Part shown: in pieces, positions 1 to 9,357 of the stretch | Numbering within the stretch: position 1 is the first letter of the stretch | Layout of the letters: the number at the start of each line of letters is the position of its first letter | Source of the DNA: an uncultured Candidatus Saccharibacteria bacterium | GTDB taxonomy: Bacteria > Patescibacteriota > Minisyncoccia > Phycocordibacterales > CSBR16-119 | Direction of reading: 5' to 3' | NCBI GenBank assembly: GCA_964531475.1 | Contig: CAZHCS010000001.1 | Location: 112,739-176,738 of the forward strand | Length of the DNA: 64,000 nucleotides | Made by a program: the position numbers and the translations under genes | The notes under the pieces: model-generated | What the model saw: the letters and a program-made list of their open reading frames with translations, nothing else | What the model was told of the DNA's origin: nothing | The model's database searches: none

Positions 1-519
1 GCGGTTCGGCAATCTTCTAAAGGCTGGATCATCCAAGTGTTTTGGCAAATATTTCCAGTTCAATTCGCTTCCGTGCCAACCGTTCGACCCGATGACGCGC
101 AGGTTAATGTTGTCGCGACCGACCAGATCGATGGAGGTATTTGCAGCAGTATTGTCGCTCCGTGTCAGCATCAGGTCTACAAGATAATCGACGGTAACGA
201 TGTCGCCTGCCCGCAACAACGGACGCATGTCTCCGGGAAATACTGTTGGGTCAGTGTCGACGTCGTTCGGGGAACGAATTTCGATGCGCTTTTTCATATC
301 GAGTTGCCGGTTAAGCACTCGTGCCAGAACTTCATGGGCAATGAAAATCTTCGGAACAGAAGCCGGATACATGAAATGATCCATATTCCAGCCGAAAATT
401 CGATTGTCGAAGTCGTTCAAGTCTGCAACGGCAAAACTGACTTCATAATTGCCAAGGGTGGGGCCGAAGAGATCTTTGATGTCCTGATTTCGTTTCTCGT
501 CTAGTTGTAGGGGTGCCAT
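1..519 (-). CDS. Serine beta-lactamase / DD-peptidase-like hydrolase (3' end beyond window)
   Basis: Minus-strand ORF with ATG at 517-519 and no stop before the window edge. Translation MAPLQLDEK... contains SVPK (SxxK) and, about 66 aa later, SDN, which is the class A beta-lactamase/PBP spacing. Not in the ORF track because it runs off the edge. Confidence 0.5.
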   Translation of the reverse strand, partial: MAPLQLDEKRNQDIKDLFGPTLGNYEVSFAVADLNDFDNRIFGWNMDHFMYPASVPKIFIAHEVLARVLNRQLDMKKRIEIRSPNDVDTDPTVFPGDMRPLLRAGDIVTVDYLVDLMLTRSDNTAANTSIDLVGRDNINLRVIGSNGWHGSELNWKYLPKHLDDPAFRRLPNR

Positions 520-619
520 GGTGCTCTTTTTTTGCCTACACTACCATGATAAATCGTGACTGTACAGCTCTATTTACAATACAAAAATTTTGTGATAAAT
601 TCTCAAAAAACCGCACAAG

Positions 620-1171
620 ATGTACTCTGAAAGTAACTACAGAACAGTAAAAGCAGCTGCGTACGATGCCCTTAAGGCCGTCCTTGAAAAAGATGCGGAG
701 CTCAAAACTCTGGTACACACGTACGCTGACAACAACGTCAGAGAGGGTGCGAGCGAGGTACCGCTTATCGAACTGGCATTCTTGTGGGACAAGGAAACCG
801 GCTGGCAACCAGGCTCAAAAGGATGCTTCCGCTTCCATCTCGTGCTCAACATCGATGCATACAATGCCGGCGATCCAAGTCACACCCTAAAGCTCATCGT
901 TTCGCATGTCCCCATGACGGACAATGGCTATGACTGGGATGCCGATGAAGTACATACTCACCCTGCCGATCCGGCTACGCATCGCGCCCACGACTGCAAC
1001 CAGTTTATTGCATTCATGTGTCAGCTCACCGAGCGAGGGACTCTGCGGCGGCACCTCACACAAGTGATCGAGTCTCGCGGCACGTACAAGCCCTTGTTCA
1101 TCGAAAACCTTGAAAAGAGGTCGCATGCACGCAAACAGAGACTGCTGCGGAAGCAGGAAGTCTCAAGATGA
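620..1171 (+). CDS. Hypothetical protein
   Basis: 183-aa ORF after an AT-rich spacer, with a TGn-extended -10 (tgtGATAAAT) upstream and a strong terminator downstream. No recognisable motif. Confidence 0.5.
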   Translation: MYSESNYRTVKAAAYDALKAVLEKDAELKTLVHTYADNNVREGASEVPLIELAFLWDKETGWQPGSKGCFRFHLVLNIDAYNAGDPSHTLKLIVSHVPMTDNGYDWDADEVHTHPADPATHRAHDCNQFIAFMCQLTERGTLRRHLTQVIESRGTYKPLFIENLEKRSHARKQRLLRKQEVSR

Positions 1172-1180
1172 CGCAACGAG

Positions 1181-1210
1181 AAAACCCCGGTCATGCCGGG
1201 GTTTCTTCTT
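1181..1210. terminator. Bidirectional rho-independent terminator
   Basis: ccccggtcatgccgggg hairpin flanked by an A-run and a T-run. It lies between the convergent 620..1171 and prfA genes. Confidence 0.6.
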
Positions 1211-2201
1211 ATTCGTCGTCTTCGGTTGTCTCGGAGATATCCCCTTTTTCCATCCTCTCGCCCACAGTCGCGAGAATATCCTCGATCTGGCCATTCAAAA
1301 CCAGCGGGATATTGCTCCAAGATTCTTTGATCCGGTGATCGGTGATTCTGTCCTGCGGGAAGTTATACGTGCGGATTTTTTCTGAGCGGTCACCCGAGCC
1401 TATTTGACTAGCGCGGTCGGCGGAATATTTCCGTGCCTCTTCTTCGTCTTGTCGCTGCTGAAGCCTGGACTTTAGGAGCGCGAGCGCGCGTTCACGGTTG
1501 GCAAGCTGGCTGCGCTCGACCGTCGAACGGACGTCGATTCCGGTCGGTTTGTGGATGACGCGAACAGCCGACTCTACTTTGTTGACGTTTTGTCCGCCGG
1601 CACCGCCTGCACGGGACGTCTCGAATTCAAGATCGCTATCAGGAATAACAATGGTTGTCTTTTTAAAAATTGGCAGAATGGCGACCGATGCTGTCGATGT
1701 ATGAATCCTGCCCTGCTTTTCTGTCGCCGGGACGCGCTGTACACGATGAACACCTGTTTCGAAGCGCAGATGTTTGTAAATATCTTTGCCGTGGAATTCA
1801 AACGATGCTTCTTTGTATCCACCCAAATCGTTTTGCGATTCGTAGTCTTTTTTCCAAGAGAAACCCTGTTTTTCAGCATAACGCTGATACATTTCGGCAA
1901 GCTGTCTGGCGAAAAGGGCGGCCTCGTCCCCGCCGGCGCCGGCCCGGACTTCGAGCATTATTTCGTTCGGAAATTTTTCTTCTTCACGTTCGGCCTTGAG
2001 TATTTTTTCTGCCTGCTCTTCAATAGCGTTCCGTTCATTTGCAATACGAGCAAGCTCTTCTTCCGCCAACTCTTTCATGTCCGGCGACATTTCTAGCATT
2101 TCGCGAGCTTCTTTTTCCGCAGCCGAAAGAGCGTCGAGCTGACTGCCGAGGTACGCCGTCTTGTGGTTTGCTTTTATGTCTTCGATAGTGAACTTCAACA
2201 T
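1209..2201 (-). CDS. prfA: Peptide chain release factor 1
   Basis: GGQ motif ([11 protein letters not shown]) and the PAT tripeptide (RF1-type, not SPF). Length 330 aa. TAGAAT -10 lies 6 nt upstream of the ATG. Confidence 0.9.
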   Translation of the reverse strand: MLKFTIEDIKANHKTAYLGSQLDALSAAEKEAREMLEMSPDMKELAEEELARIANERNAIEEQAEKILKAEREEEKFPNEIMLEVRAGAGGDEAALFARQLAEMYQRYAEKQGFSWKKDYESQNDLGGYKEASFEFHGKDIYKHLRFETGVHRVQRVPATEKQGRIHTSTASVAILPIFKKTTIVIPDSDLEFETSRAGGAGGQNVNKVESAVRVIHKPTGIDVRSTVERSQLANRERALALLKSRLQQRQDEEEARKYSADRASQIGSGDRSEKIRTYNFPQDRITDHRIKESWSNIPLVLNGQIEDILATVGERMEKGDISETTEDDE

Positions 2202-2246
2202 ATGTATATTCTAGCAAAGTCCCTACTACGCTAAAGCTTCGCAGGG

Positions 2247-2272
2247 TACAAAAAAACGCCAATAAGGCGTCT
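2247..2272 (-). terminator. rpmE terminator
   Basis: acgcc-aataa-ggcgt hairpin followed on the minus strand by T7. Confidence 0.5.
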
Positions 2273-2284
2273 TTACGTGAGTCG

Positions 2285-2539
2285 TTATTTTTTCTTCGTC
2301 GCGGCAGCGCGCTTCTTGAACTTGTCGACGCGACCGGCAGTGTCGAGGACAGTTTCCTTGCCCGTGTAGAATGGGTGCGAAGCAGAGGAAATTTCAACCT
2401 TGTAGAGGTCGTATTCCTTGCCATTAAATTTACCCTTTTCCGATGTCTTGATGACTGAACCAATCAAAAACTGGGCGCCATTGGAGACGTCTTCAAAGAT
2501 GACAGGGCGGAAATTTTCCGGATGGATGTCTGTTTTCAT
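2285..2539 (-). CDS. rpmE: 50S ribosomal protein L31
   Basis: 84 aa, MKTDIHPE... with a C-terminal basic tail, typical of L31. Confidence 0.85.
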   Translation of the reverse strand: MKTDIHPENFRPVIFEDVSNGAQFLIGSVIKTSEKGKFNGKEYDLYKVEISSASHPFYTGKETVLDTAGRVDKFKKRAAATKKK

Positions 2540-2576
2540 GGGTAGAATACTAACACAGGGTTTTAACTAAAACAAG

Positions 2577-2646
2577 CCCCCACACCTACTTTTTGACGGG
2601 CAACGCCCGGGCGCCTCAGGCGCGATCAAAAAGTAGGTGTGAGGGC
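2577..2646. other. Long inverted repeat / putative three-way-junction structured element
   Basis: A 20-bp near-perfect stem (cccCcacacctactttttga / tcaaaaagtaggtgtgaggg) encloses two short GC hairpins (cgggcaacgcccg; gcgcctcaggcgc). On the minus strand it is followed by a T-rich tract. Confidence 0.4.
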
Positions 2647-2675
2647 AGGCCCTTTTCATTCTAGTTTTTCATATA

Positions 2676-2704
2676 TTGACACAATTAAAAAATAATATTA
2701 ATAT
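2676..2704 (+). promoter_or_regulatory. Sigma-70-type promoter (TTGACA-17-TAATAT)
   Basis: Perfect -35 with a 17-nt spacer and a TAATAT -10. It drives the small ORF at 2723. Confidence 0.5.
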
Positions 2705-2722
2705 GACGAGAAATCCAGAACA

Positions 2723-2893
2723 ATGAATAAGCCATTTTTCATTCTTGCTGTTCCACGAACCAAAAGCAGTGGTTCGAAAAGAAAAGCTGCCAAGAAAAGG
2801 GCTCCCAAAAAACCAAAGAGTGAGAAAAATGGGCGTGCAGGAGGATCTATGGAAGACCCCGAGGAACGTGACATTTTTGGCAATCTAGCGTGA
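2723..2893 (+). CDS. Small, highly basic 56-aa protein (or ncRNA)
   Basis: ATG..TGA translating MNKPFFILAVPRTKSSGSKRKAAKKRAPKKPKSEKNGRAGGSMEDPEERDIFGNLA. It has a consensus promoter upstream and a perfect hairpin terminator downstream. It falls below the ORF-track size cutoff. Coding status is unproven. Confidence 0.35.
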   Translation: MNKPFFILAVPRTKSSGSKRKAAKKRAPKKPKSEKNGRAGGSMEDPEERDIFGNLA

Positions 2894-2902
2894 TTACCGA
2901 GG

Positions 2903-2937
2903 AGGCCCACGTCATGACGTGGGCCTTTCGATTTTCA
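2903..2937 (+). terminator. Rho-independent terminator
   Basis: aggcccacgtcatgacgtgggcct perfect palindrome followed by ttcgattttc. Confidence 0.55.
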
Positions 2938-2972
2938 CTACTTTGTACATAGGTCTTGCCTATGCGCTATTT

Positions 2973-4373
2973 TTAATCATTGTCCGCCTTTTCCAAAATG
3001 TCGATATTGGCCTGGATGACTTTTACGTGCTCCATGACAGCATTGCCGTAGAAAACATTTTTAACTGCTGGATCAGTACATGACCTACCCGAGTAATAAC
3101 GGCACGCAGCATTCCATTCTGCCGTATAGGTCTTGGCACTGGCGCCCAGGTCTTTCACATAGAGCGCGGTCGCCATGATAGCGTGTGCCGGATTCCACGG
3201 ATCAGGTACGCTTACCCCGACAGCAGCGCCAATTCGTGACTGCAGACCCATCCATGTAGACGGGATAAATTGCGATGGACCCATAGCGCCGCCATAGCCT
3301 ACAGCAAATGGGCACGAGACACGTGTGACAAGCGGGTCGCGGCCAAGCTGTTTCAATAGTGTCTGAAGTACAGGCAGGTCTCGAGTTGGGTGTATACCAT
3401 TACTGTACACGGTGCCGCTGTTTATATTTTTTGTTTTTCCAGTCTCAAGATCAGTGATAGTACATGTACCAACATTGGAACCCAAGTTGGTTTCTTGCTT
3501 CAAGATAGCCAATATATACGCAGGACGTACTCCGGTGGCGTTGCCGGCTGCCTTGGCGAATTCATAAGCCTCGCCAAACGGAATAGGGCCAGCGTCACGG
3601 AAACGGAATAGTTCGGCGCGAATTTTGGCGGCTTGGGCCTGACGATCTTTTACGATCTGTGCGTACTCGGCTTCTTTGTTTTTGGAAATAGAGAGAAGAG
3701 TTTTCTGTTCTTTCTCGTTGGCTTCAATCTGACTCTTTTGCTGTTCGATTTCTTTCTTGGCGTCAATCTCTTCGTCCTGTTTGACCTCGAGCTCTTTTTT
3801 GACACCCTCTGTGCGTTCTTTGGTCCCGCGAATATCTTGGACCGAATCATGAACGGATTTTTTCACCGACGCGAATGTGTCGACGTCGGCATAGAATTCC
3901 GAAATTGTAGACGACGACAAAAGAGCGTGCGCAAACGTCACCTTGTCGAGCTCGTTAGTCTTTCTGATGAGCTGCTCGAGAGACTCTTTACCCTTTTCGA
4001 TGTCTTTATTAAGAGCGCTTATTGTCTGCTCTTTTGTTTTGATATCTTTGCCAAGCTTTTTAATGGTTATATCCTGCTGATTGATCTTTTTCTTGGCGGC
4101 ATCAATGCGGCTCTGCAAAACGCCAATGTCGCGCTGAATGCTGGCCGATTGGCCTTTTTGGTTGTTGAGTTTCGCCTGTTCGGCCGCTATTTCCGCCTCG
4201 CACTGCTTCAAAATCTGCTCGAGTTCGGCGTCAGATTTACCGGCGATATTTCCATCGCAGGCCGCATCAACCGGACGCGCCAAAAAGAAAACTGATAAAG
4301 ACAAAAGCACCACTCCCGCAAGAATGATGCTTTTGTTAACGCTACCTGTTTGTATCTTGGAAAGAAAATTCAT
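2973..4373 (-). CDS. Secreted coiled-coil protein with C-terminal lytic transglycosylase (SLT-like) domain
   Basis: N-terminal signal/TM segment and about 250 aa of K/E/Q-rich coiled coil. The C-terminus has ...QETNLGS... and GAMGPSQFIPSTW...DPWNPAHAIMATALYV, resembling the SLT E-S / G-x-M-Q / Y-L motifs. Confidence 0.6.
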   Translation of the reverse strand: MNFLSKIQTGSVNKSIILAGVVLLSLSVFFLARPVDAACDGNIAGKSDAELEQILKQCEAEIAAEQAKLNNQKGQSASIQRDIGVLQSRIDAAKKKINQQDITIKKLGKDIKTKEQTISALNKDIEKGKESLEQLIRKTNELDKVTFAHALLSSSTISEFYADVDTFASVKKSVHDSVQDIRGTKERTEGVKKELEVKQDEEIDAKKEIEQQKSQIEANEKEQKTLLSISKNKEAEYAQIVKDRQAQAAKIRAELFRFRDAGPIPFGEAYEFAKAAGNATGVRPAYILAILKQETNLGSNVGTCTITDLETGKTKNINSGTVYSNGIHPTRDLPVLQTLLKQLGRDPLVTRVSCPFAVGYGGAMGPSQFIPSTWMGLQSRIGAAVGVSVPDPWNPAHAIMATALYVKDLGASAKTYTAEWNAACRYYSGRSCTDPAVKNVFYGNAVMEHVKVIQANIDILEKADND

Positions 4374-4413
4374 GTTGTGAATTCTCTCGCCGGAAATGTA
4401 CAGAATGCGAGAG

Positions 4414-5052
4414 TTACTCCGCCGGAGCGGCTTCTTCGTCTTTTTTGCCCTTGGCTTCGACTTCGATCGAAGACAAATCGATTGGAGCCGATTCGATAGG
4501 CTCGTCTTTGGCGACAGTCATCGACGCAACGACGGTTTCTGCATCGTCGACAAGAGTGACGCCAGCCGGCAACACGACGTCCTTGAGCGTAATAACGCTA
4601 TCCATGCTTGCGAGCGCAGACAAGTCGACAGAAATACCGTGTGGCACATTTTTCGGCAAAGCCGAAACCTTGACCTCGTGAAGCGACTTGACGAGGACGC
4701 CACCACCCTTGGCGGCAGCCGATTCTCCGACGAATTCGAGCGGAACATCGACTTCGATCTCTTTGGTCATGTCGACGGCCAAAAAGTCGATATGGATCGG
4801 TTCATTAGTAACCGGATCATGCTGGATATCGTGGACAAGCGCGTCAAACGATCCAGATGGTGTTTCGAGCGTAAGAGTATTTGTCTCACCAACCTCTTTG
4901 AAAATCTTGGTAAAGTCTATCTTTTTAACGACGATAGGGGTCGTTTCTCGCTTAAATCCGTAAAAGACCGCCGGGACCTGGCCGGAGTTCCGTAGGTCAG
5001 CGTTCTTGGAAGCAGGATTGCGGACGTCTGCATGTAACGTTGTCATAGGCAA
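4414..5052 (-). CDS. rplY: 50S ribosomal protein L25 / general stress protein Ctc
   Basis: L25/Ctc-like sequence with an acidic C-terminal extension. The true start may be the second Met (MTTLHADV). TATAAT -10 lies 8 nt upstream of the ATG. Confidence 0.8.
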   Translation of the reverse strand: MPMTTLHADVRNPASKNADLRNSGQVPAVFYGFKRETTPIVVKKIDFTKIFKEVGETNTLTLETPSGSFDALVHDIQHDPVTNEPIHIDFLAVDMTKEIEVDVPLEFVGESAAAKGGGVLVKSLHEVKVSALPKNVPHGISVDLSALASMDSVITLKDVVLPAGVTLVDDAETVVASMTVAKDEPIESAPIDLSSIEVEAKGKKDEEAAPAE

Positions 5053-5200
5053 GCATTATAAAAGAGATACCGCCAAAACGCAAGCAGATAGTAAGAGCAA
5101 ACTGGAGCTCATCGCCGCCTCGGCCCTATAGAGTTTTTTCTGTTCTTCGTCTCTCATAAAAATAGAGACGTGGGACGAGGACCAATATTACGCCAGAGGT

Positions 5201-6898
5201 TTATTTATCTAGGCGGATAAACTCGTGCGATTCTTCTAATGCGAGCCCTACCTTTTTCTTTGGATTCCAAATGACATTTGGATCCATAATCTCTTTCATT
5301 TCCCGGAAAATTCCGACCATGACTTCGCCGAACATAAGTGCAAGGTATGGCGTACGAATAAGACCGTCATTGTGCTCGGCCGTCATAGAGCCGCCGCAAG
5401 TTTTGACCAATGCGAATACTTCTTTGGAAACTCGTTTAATAATATCCAGGGTTTTCGGATCTCGGAAATCCATAAGTGGAATGACATGCAAATTACCGTT
5501 TCCCAAATGCCCAGCAATCGTGTAGAGCATCTTTTCTCTGTCCAATATTTCAGTTAGTTTCGGCAGGTATTCCGGCAAACGCGCAACTGGCACAATGACG
5601 TCGTCAATAAACGGTGCCGTGCGGAGATTTTTGGAATGATCGGACAAAAGTTTGAATGAGTCACGGCGAATGTGGAAATATTTGTCGCGCTCTTCGGCGG
5701 TTTTGGTGATACGCGTTTTGACCCGAAAGCCCTTGATACGACTTTCGGCAACACGCACTTCCGAAATAAGTCCCTCTTCACTGTTTGAGACAAATTCGGC
5801 CAAAACGATGAGTTTTGGGATACCGCCTGTGAGCATCATGAAAAGTTCTGGCAGGAATTTGAAACCGTATGCAATGGTGCCGAAAAAACCTTTGTTTCGA
5901 ACGAAACTGCGAAAGAATTTCAATGCAAATGTGAGCGTATGGTCGTCGTAAACCTCTAAAGTCTCTACGTCATTTTTCATAAGCTCGGCGGTCAGCGCTG
6001 GTATTTCTTGCAAATTTTTTACGAAAACTACAAGCAACTTTGATCGCGTCTCTACTTCGACCAGTCGGTAAGTGATTTCAGTAATAATACCGGTGGTACC
6101 CTGCGCGCCGACAAAAAGCTTGGTCGGATCAAATGTTTCGGTCGACTGATTCCAAACATCCCAGATGAGATACCCCGAAGAATTCTTGTTAACGTTTGGC
6201 TTTGCTGCCGCAATCTCTGACATGTTGCGCTTGCACAGATTCCAAATTTTGCGATAGATTTCGGCCAGACGATTGTCTTCTAAAATTTTTGCTTCAAGTT
6301 CAGTCCGGCTAAGCGGCGCAACTTCATATTCATTGCCATCATCTAAAACAACTTTTAAGCGCTCGACAAAATCTTTATTCTGTCCGTATTTCAAAGTTTT
6401 TTCCCCTGCCCCATTGTTTGCAACCATGCCGCCAACTGTCGCAAGTTCGCGCGAGGCCGGATAGCACGGCATGATAAGACCCTGCTTGAGGGTTTCTTTC
6501 TCAAAATCTCGATAAAATGTGCCCGGACGAACAACCGCCTTTCCTGCAATATTGAAATCGTGACCAGTCGGAGATTTTTGGGTGCCAAATTTGCCCCGCT
6601 CTACACTAACTACGCCAGTCATATAACGAGTCATATCAAGAACCACGCTCATAGTAAGAGGTCCGCCCGTCATGTCGGTCCCAGCCCCACGAGCTGTAAA
6701 TGTTACATGGTAGTAACCCTCTGCGTTGATCTTATGAGCAAAACGCACAAGAGCGCCAATATCTGCGACATGTTTTGGATAAACTACCAACTCGGGTCGG
6801 ATAGAAAAAATACTGTAGTCGCGGCTATATTTTTCCAAAACTGATGGCGAATCATCAATGTCACCTTCTATAATCTTGGCGATTTCCTGTTTTAACAT
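5201..6898 (-). CDS. FAD-linked oxidase (GlcD / FAD-binding PCMH family)
   Basis: Preferred start is MLKQEIAK (ATG at 6898); the track's longer N-terminus runs into a terminator hairpin. The PCMH FAD-binding region ...HVTFTARGAGTDMTGGPL... is present. TATAAT sits 6 nt upstream of the ATG, so the mRNA is likely leaderless. Confidence 0.8.
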   Translation of the reverse strand: MLKQEIAKIIEGDIDDSPSVLEKYSRDYSIFSIRPELVVYPKHVADIGALVRFAHKINAEGYYHVTFTARGAGTDMTGGPLTMSVVLDMTRYMTGVVSVERGKFGTQKSPTGHDFNIAGKAVVRPGTFYRDFEKETLKQGLIMPCYPASRELATVGGMVANNGAGEKTLKYGQNKDFVERLKVVLDDGNEYEVAPLSRTELEAKILEDNRLAEIYRKIWNLCKRNMSEIAAAKPNVNKNSSGYLIWDVWNQSTETFDPTKLFVGAQGTTGIITEITYRLVEVETRSKLLVVFVKNLQEIPALTAELMKNDVETLEVYDDHTLTFALKFFRSFVRNKGFFGTIAYGFKFLPELFMMLTGGIPKLIVLAEFVSNSEEGLISEVRVAESRIKGFRVKTRITKTAEERDKYFHIRRDSFKLLSDHSKNLRTAPFIDDVIVPVARLPEYLPKLTEILDREKMLYTIAGHLGNGNLHVIPLMDFRDPKTLDIIKRVSKEVFALVKTCGGSMTAEHNDGLIRTPYLALMFGEVMVGIFREMKEIMDPNVIWNPKKKVGLALEESHEFIRLDK

Positions 6899-6914
6899 GT
6901 AAGTATTATACCAA

Positions 6915-6946
6915 ATGGAAAAGCCGGGCCCTGCGGGCCCGGCTTT
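6915..6946 (-). terminator. Terminator of the dksA-like gene
   Basis: gccgggccc-tgc-gggcccggc hairpin followed on the minus strand by ttttcc. Confidence 0.6.
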
Positions 6947-6960
6947 CAATCCATCGAACA

Positions 6961-7650
6961 TCACGCTGCGATCGCATCCAACCTGACGCGCACTAGTACT
7001 CCCGTAACTGCCCCCTTTTGACCAGGCTGATGAGCCTTGACCTCGACACACGTGGTCGCGACGAGGGTCGCCCTGAGGCGCTCTTTACTGATGAGCTTCG
7101 TGGTAACACTGCAGATGCCATAGGTCTTGTTACGAATGCGGAGCAGGGCGTTCTCCAAGTTCTTGATGAACTTCTCTTGCCGCCCGGCAAGCCGTGACGT
7201 CTCTTCGCGGCTCAGCGTCTCGCTGCCATCCTCGATGAGCTTCAAGCTGGCAGAATCGGTATTCTCCGTGCCGTTGCTGTCGGTATTGGCAAGTGTCCGC
7301 TTCAAGATCTCGTAGTCATTGCGAGCATCGTCCAACTTCTTTTCGATGAGTAGCTTGAATTCTTCCAGCTCCGGATCACTGTAACGTTTGCGATTACCGG
7401 GCTCGAGTGTGGACTTTCCTCCCGGGACGACATTAGGCATCTCCTTTCTGCGCATCGGCGGTCCAGCAACCCTAACGAGCGACGGTTCCGCCTGCGGAGG
7501 ATTGTCCAGCTCGGTTGGTTTTTTCTTGCGCGTTCTCGTGGTTTTGGCCACCGGCTCCTTCGTTGCTTTGACCGCACTCTTGCGAGCCGGTTTAGCCACT
7601 TTCGCGACCTTCCCGGACTCAGCCTTCTTTAGGCTCTGTTTTTTACCCAT
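6961..7650 (-). CDS. DksA/TraR-family protein with lysine/alanine-rich H1-like N-terminal tail
   Basis: The C-terminus (...NKTYGICSVTTKLISKERLRATLVATTCVEVK) resembles a DksA coiled-coil plus a 2-Cys degenerate zinc finger. The first ~90 aa are K/A/P-rich. Start taken at MGKKQSL (7650). Confidence 0.6.
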   Translation of the reverse strand: MGKKQSLKKAESGKVAKVAKPARKSAVKATKEPVAKTTRTRKKKPTELDNPPQAEPSLVRVAGPPMRRKEMPNVVPGGKSTLEPGNRKRYSDPELEEFKLLIEKKLDDARNDYEILKRTLANTDSNGTENTDSASLKLIEDGSETLSREETSRLAGRQEKFIKNLENALLRIRNKTYGICSVTTKLISKERLRATLVATTCVEVKAHQPGQKGAVTGVLVRVRLDAIAA

Positions 7651-7702
7651 GGGGTGGTTTTTGGTTTTGTTCGACGTTTTTTGTTGGAAAGAACAGAGTA
7701 CT

Positions 7703-7731
7703 ACTATACAACTACGGGCATAATACGTCAA
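7703..7731 (-). promoter_or_regulatory. Promoter TTGACG-17-TATAGT
   Basis: The minus strand reads ttgacg tattatgcccgtagttg tatagt, upstream of the dksA-like gene. Confidence 0.4.
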
Positions 7732-7779
7732 CTTTAAATTCCCCATTTCTTTAACGGGCGACCTGGTATACTTGAAAAC

Positions 7780-8781
7780 ATGAAATCATTAGATTTTTTG
7801 GCTGTAGGCGACATGGCTGTCGATGCGTTCATCGAGCTCGAGGACGCTCGCGTTACGTGCGATATAAATGACAGCAATTGCACAATATCGATGAAGTTTG
7901 CCGATAAAATTCCCTACAAAGACGTAACTGTCGTACACGCCGTGGGCAATAGTCCAAATGCAGCGGTTTCGGCTGCGCGACTCGGTCTCGGGTCAGGGCT
8001 TGTCACTCATGCTGGTAGCGACGAAACGGGCCGAGAGTGCCTTGCATCTCTTGCGCAAAATGGTGTAGACACGACATTTGTAACACAAGAGTCTGGTCTA
8101 AAGACCAACTACCACTACGTTCTCTCTTACGATGCTGATAGAACTATTCTGATAAAGCATCAACCATTTACTTATGACTTCCCTACCGAAACCAAAAACC
8201 TTGCCGCGCCGCGGTTCATGTATCTGTCATCGATTGGAGATAACACGCTCGCTTATCACGAACAAATTGCCGATTATCTAGAAGCAAATCCAGACATAAA
8301 ACTAGCCTTTCAGCCGGGCACTTTTCAGATGAGGCTTGGTCACGAAAAGCTTGCGCGACTCTACAAACGCACCGAACTTTTCTTCTGCAACAAAGAAGAG
8401 TCGCAAAGAATACTTGGTACCAACGAAAGCGACATAAAGGTCTTGCTTAAAAATATGAGTGACATCGGACCGGCGACCGTCTTTATTACCGACGGTCCGC
8501 GCGGCGCGTATGCATACGACGGTGAGCATTTTTACATGGTACCTATTTATCCCGACCCGAAGCCGCCGGTTGAGCGTACTGGCGCGGGCGATGCTTTTGC
8601 TTCTACTGTCACTGCGGCGATAGCTCTTGGTAAATCACTTCCAGAAGCGCTCCTATGGGGTCCGGTTAATTCGATGAACGTAGTGCAATATATCGGTGCG
8701 CAAAAAGGATTACTTACGCGTGAGCAGCTAGAAGAACTTTTGGCCAAGGCACCAGAAGATTATAAGGTTAAAGAAATATAA
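7780..8781 (+). CDS. PfkB-family carbohydrate/nucleoside kinase
   Basis: The ribokinase-family signature TGAGDAF is near the C-terminus. Length 333 aa. Confidence 0.8.
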   Translation: MKSLDFLAVGDMAVDAFIELEDARVTCDINDSNCTISMKFADKIPYKDVTVVHAVGNSPNAAVSAARLGLGSGLVTHAGSDETGRECLASLAQNGVDTTFVTQESGLKTNYHYVLSYDADRTILIKHQPFTYDFPTETKNLAAPRFMYLSSIGDNTLAYHEQIADYLEANPDIKLAFQPGTFQMRLGHEKLARLYKRTELFFCNKEESQRILGTNESDIKVLLKNMSDIGPATVFITDGPRGAYAYDGEHFYMVPIYPDPKPPVERTGAGDAFASTVTAAIALGKSLPEALLWGPVNSMNVVQYIGAQKGLLTREQLEELLAKAPEDYKVKEI

Positions 8782-8782
8782 A

Positions 8783-9319
8783 ATGGATTTTTTTAATAAG
8801 CTAAATAGAGAATTTAAACTCGCTAAACCTGCAAGCGAAAGAGTCGAGACGGACCCCACAATCAAAAAAGAGCCGTCTCTCGAAGATTTTACTGATTTAT
8901 TGAATAAAGAGGCTGAAAATCGTCCCGAATTCGGTCAAAATGAAATCGAACAGGATATCGAGCGTCTTGAGCTTCGCTATCGTGAATTGTCCACCAAGCC
9001 CGAAATCGTCTCGTATATCGAAAAGATGGGTCAATACATACAGGCCCAAGAAGCGATCCAGGACCTCACAAAACGATTAGAACAAGCAGTCTCGGACACG
9101 GATAGTACAATAACGATTGATCAGATCAGAAAAAACGAAGGACGGAAACAAGTCTTTGAACAAGGCATGGTTTCAATCGAGCGCGAACTAGCTAAGATGG
9201 AAGATTCATTCTCTGATCTTTCTAAAGACTTGGCCGAAATGAAGGCTCTTGAAGAAAAAATTTCCCACCTACAACAAAAACTTGATGCATTCTACAATCA
9301 GCCTCAAGATCAGAACTAA
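8783..9319 (+). CDS. Hypothetical coiled-coil protein
   Basis: 178 aa, E/K/Q-rich. Its start lies 2 nt after the upstream stop, suggesting coupling. No motif recognised. Confidence 0.55.
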   Translation: MDFFNKLNREFKLAKPASERVETDPTIKKEPSLEDFTDLLNKEAENRPEFGQNEIEQDIERLELRYRELSTKPEIVSYIEKMGQYIQAQEAIQDLTKRLEQAVSDTDSTITIDQIRKNEGRKQVFEQGMVSIERELAKMEDSFSDLSKDLAEMKALEEKISHLQQKLDAFYNQPQDQN

Positions 9320-9357
9320 ATCCCTACAAGCTAAAAGCTAGTCACTAAAAACTCGTC

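Noticed and set aside
2698-2910. 70-aa minus-strand ORF (MGLLGNHARLPKMS...)
   Set aside because: Its start codon lies inside the perfect terminator palindrome. It is antisense to a small ORF that has a consensus promoter and terminator, and it has a low-complexity hydrophobic composition typical of a shadow frame.
3633-4295. 220-aa plus-strand ORF inside the lytic transglycosylase gene
   Set aside because: It is antisense to a coherent coiled-coil + SLT-domain gene. It has a low-complexity Phe/Leu-rich composition.
5146-5170. Hairpin cgtctctcataaaaatagagacg downstream of the FAD-oxidase gene as terminator
   Set aside because: It has no T-run on either strand, so it is a weak call and is left unannotated.
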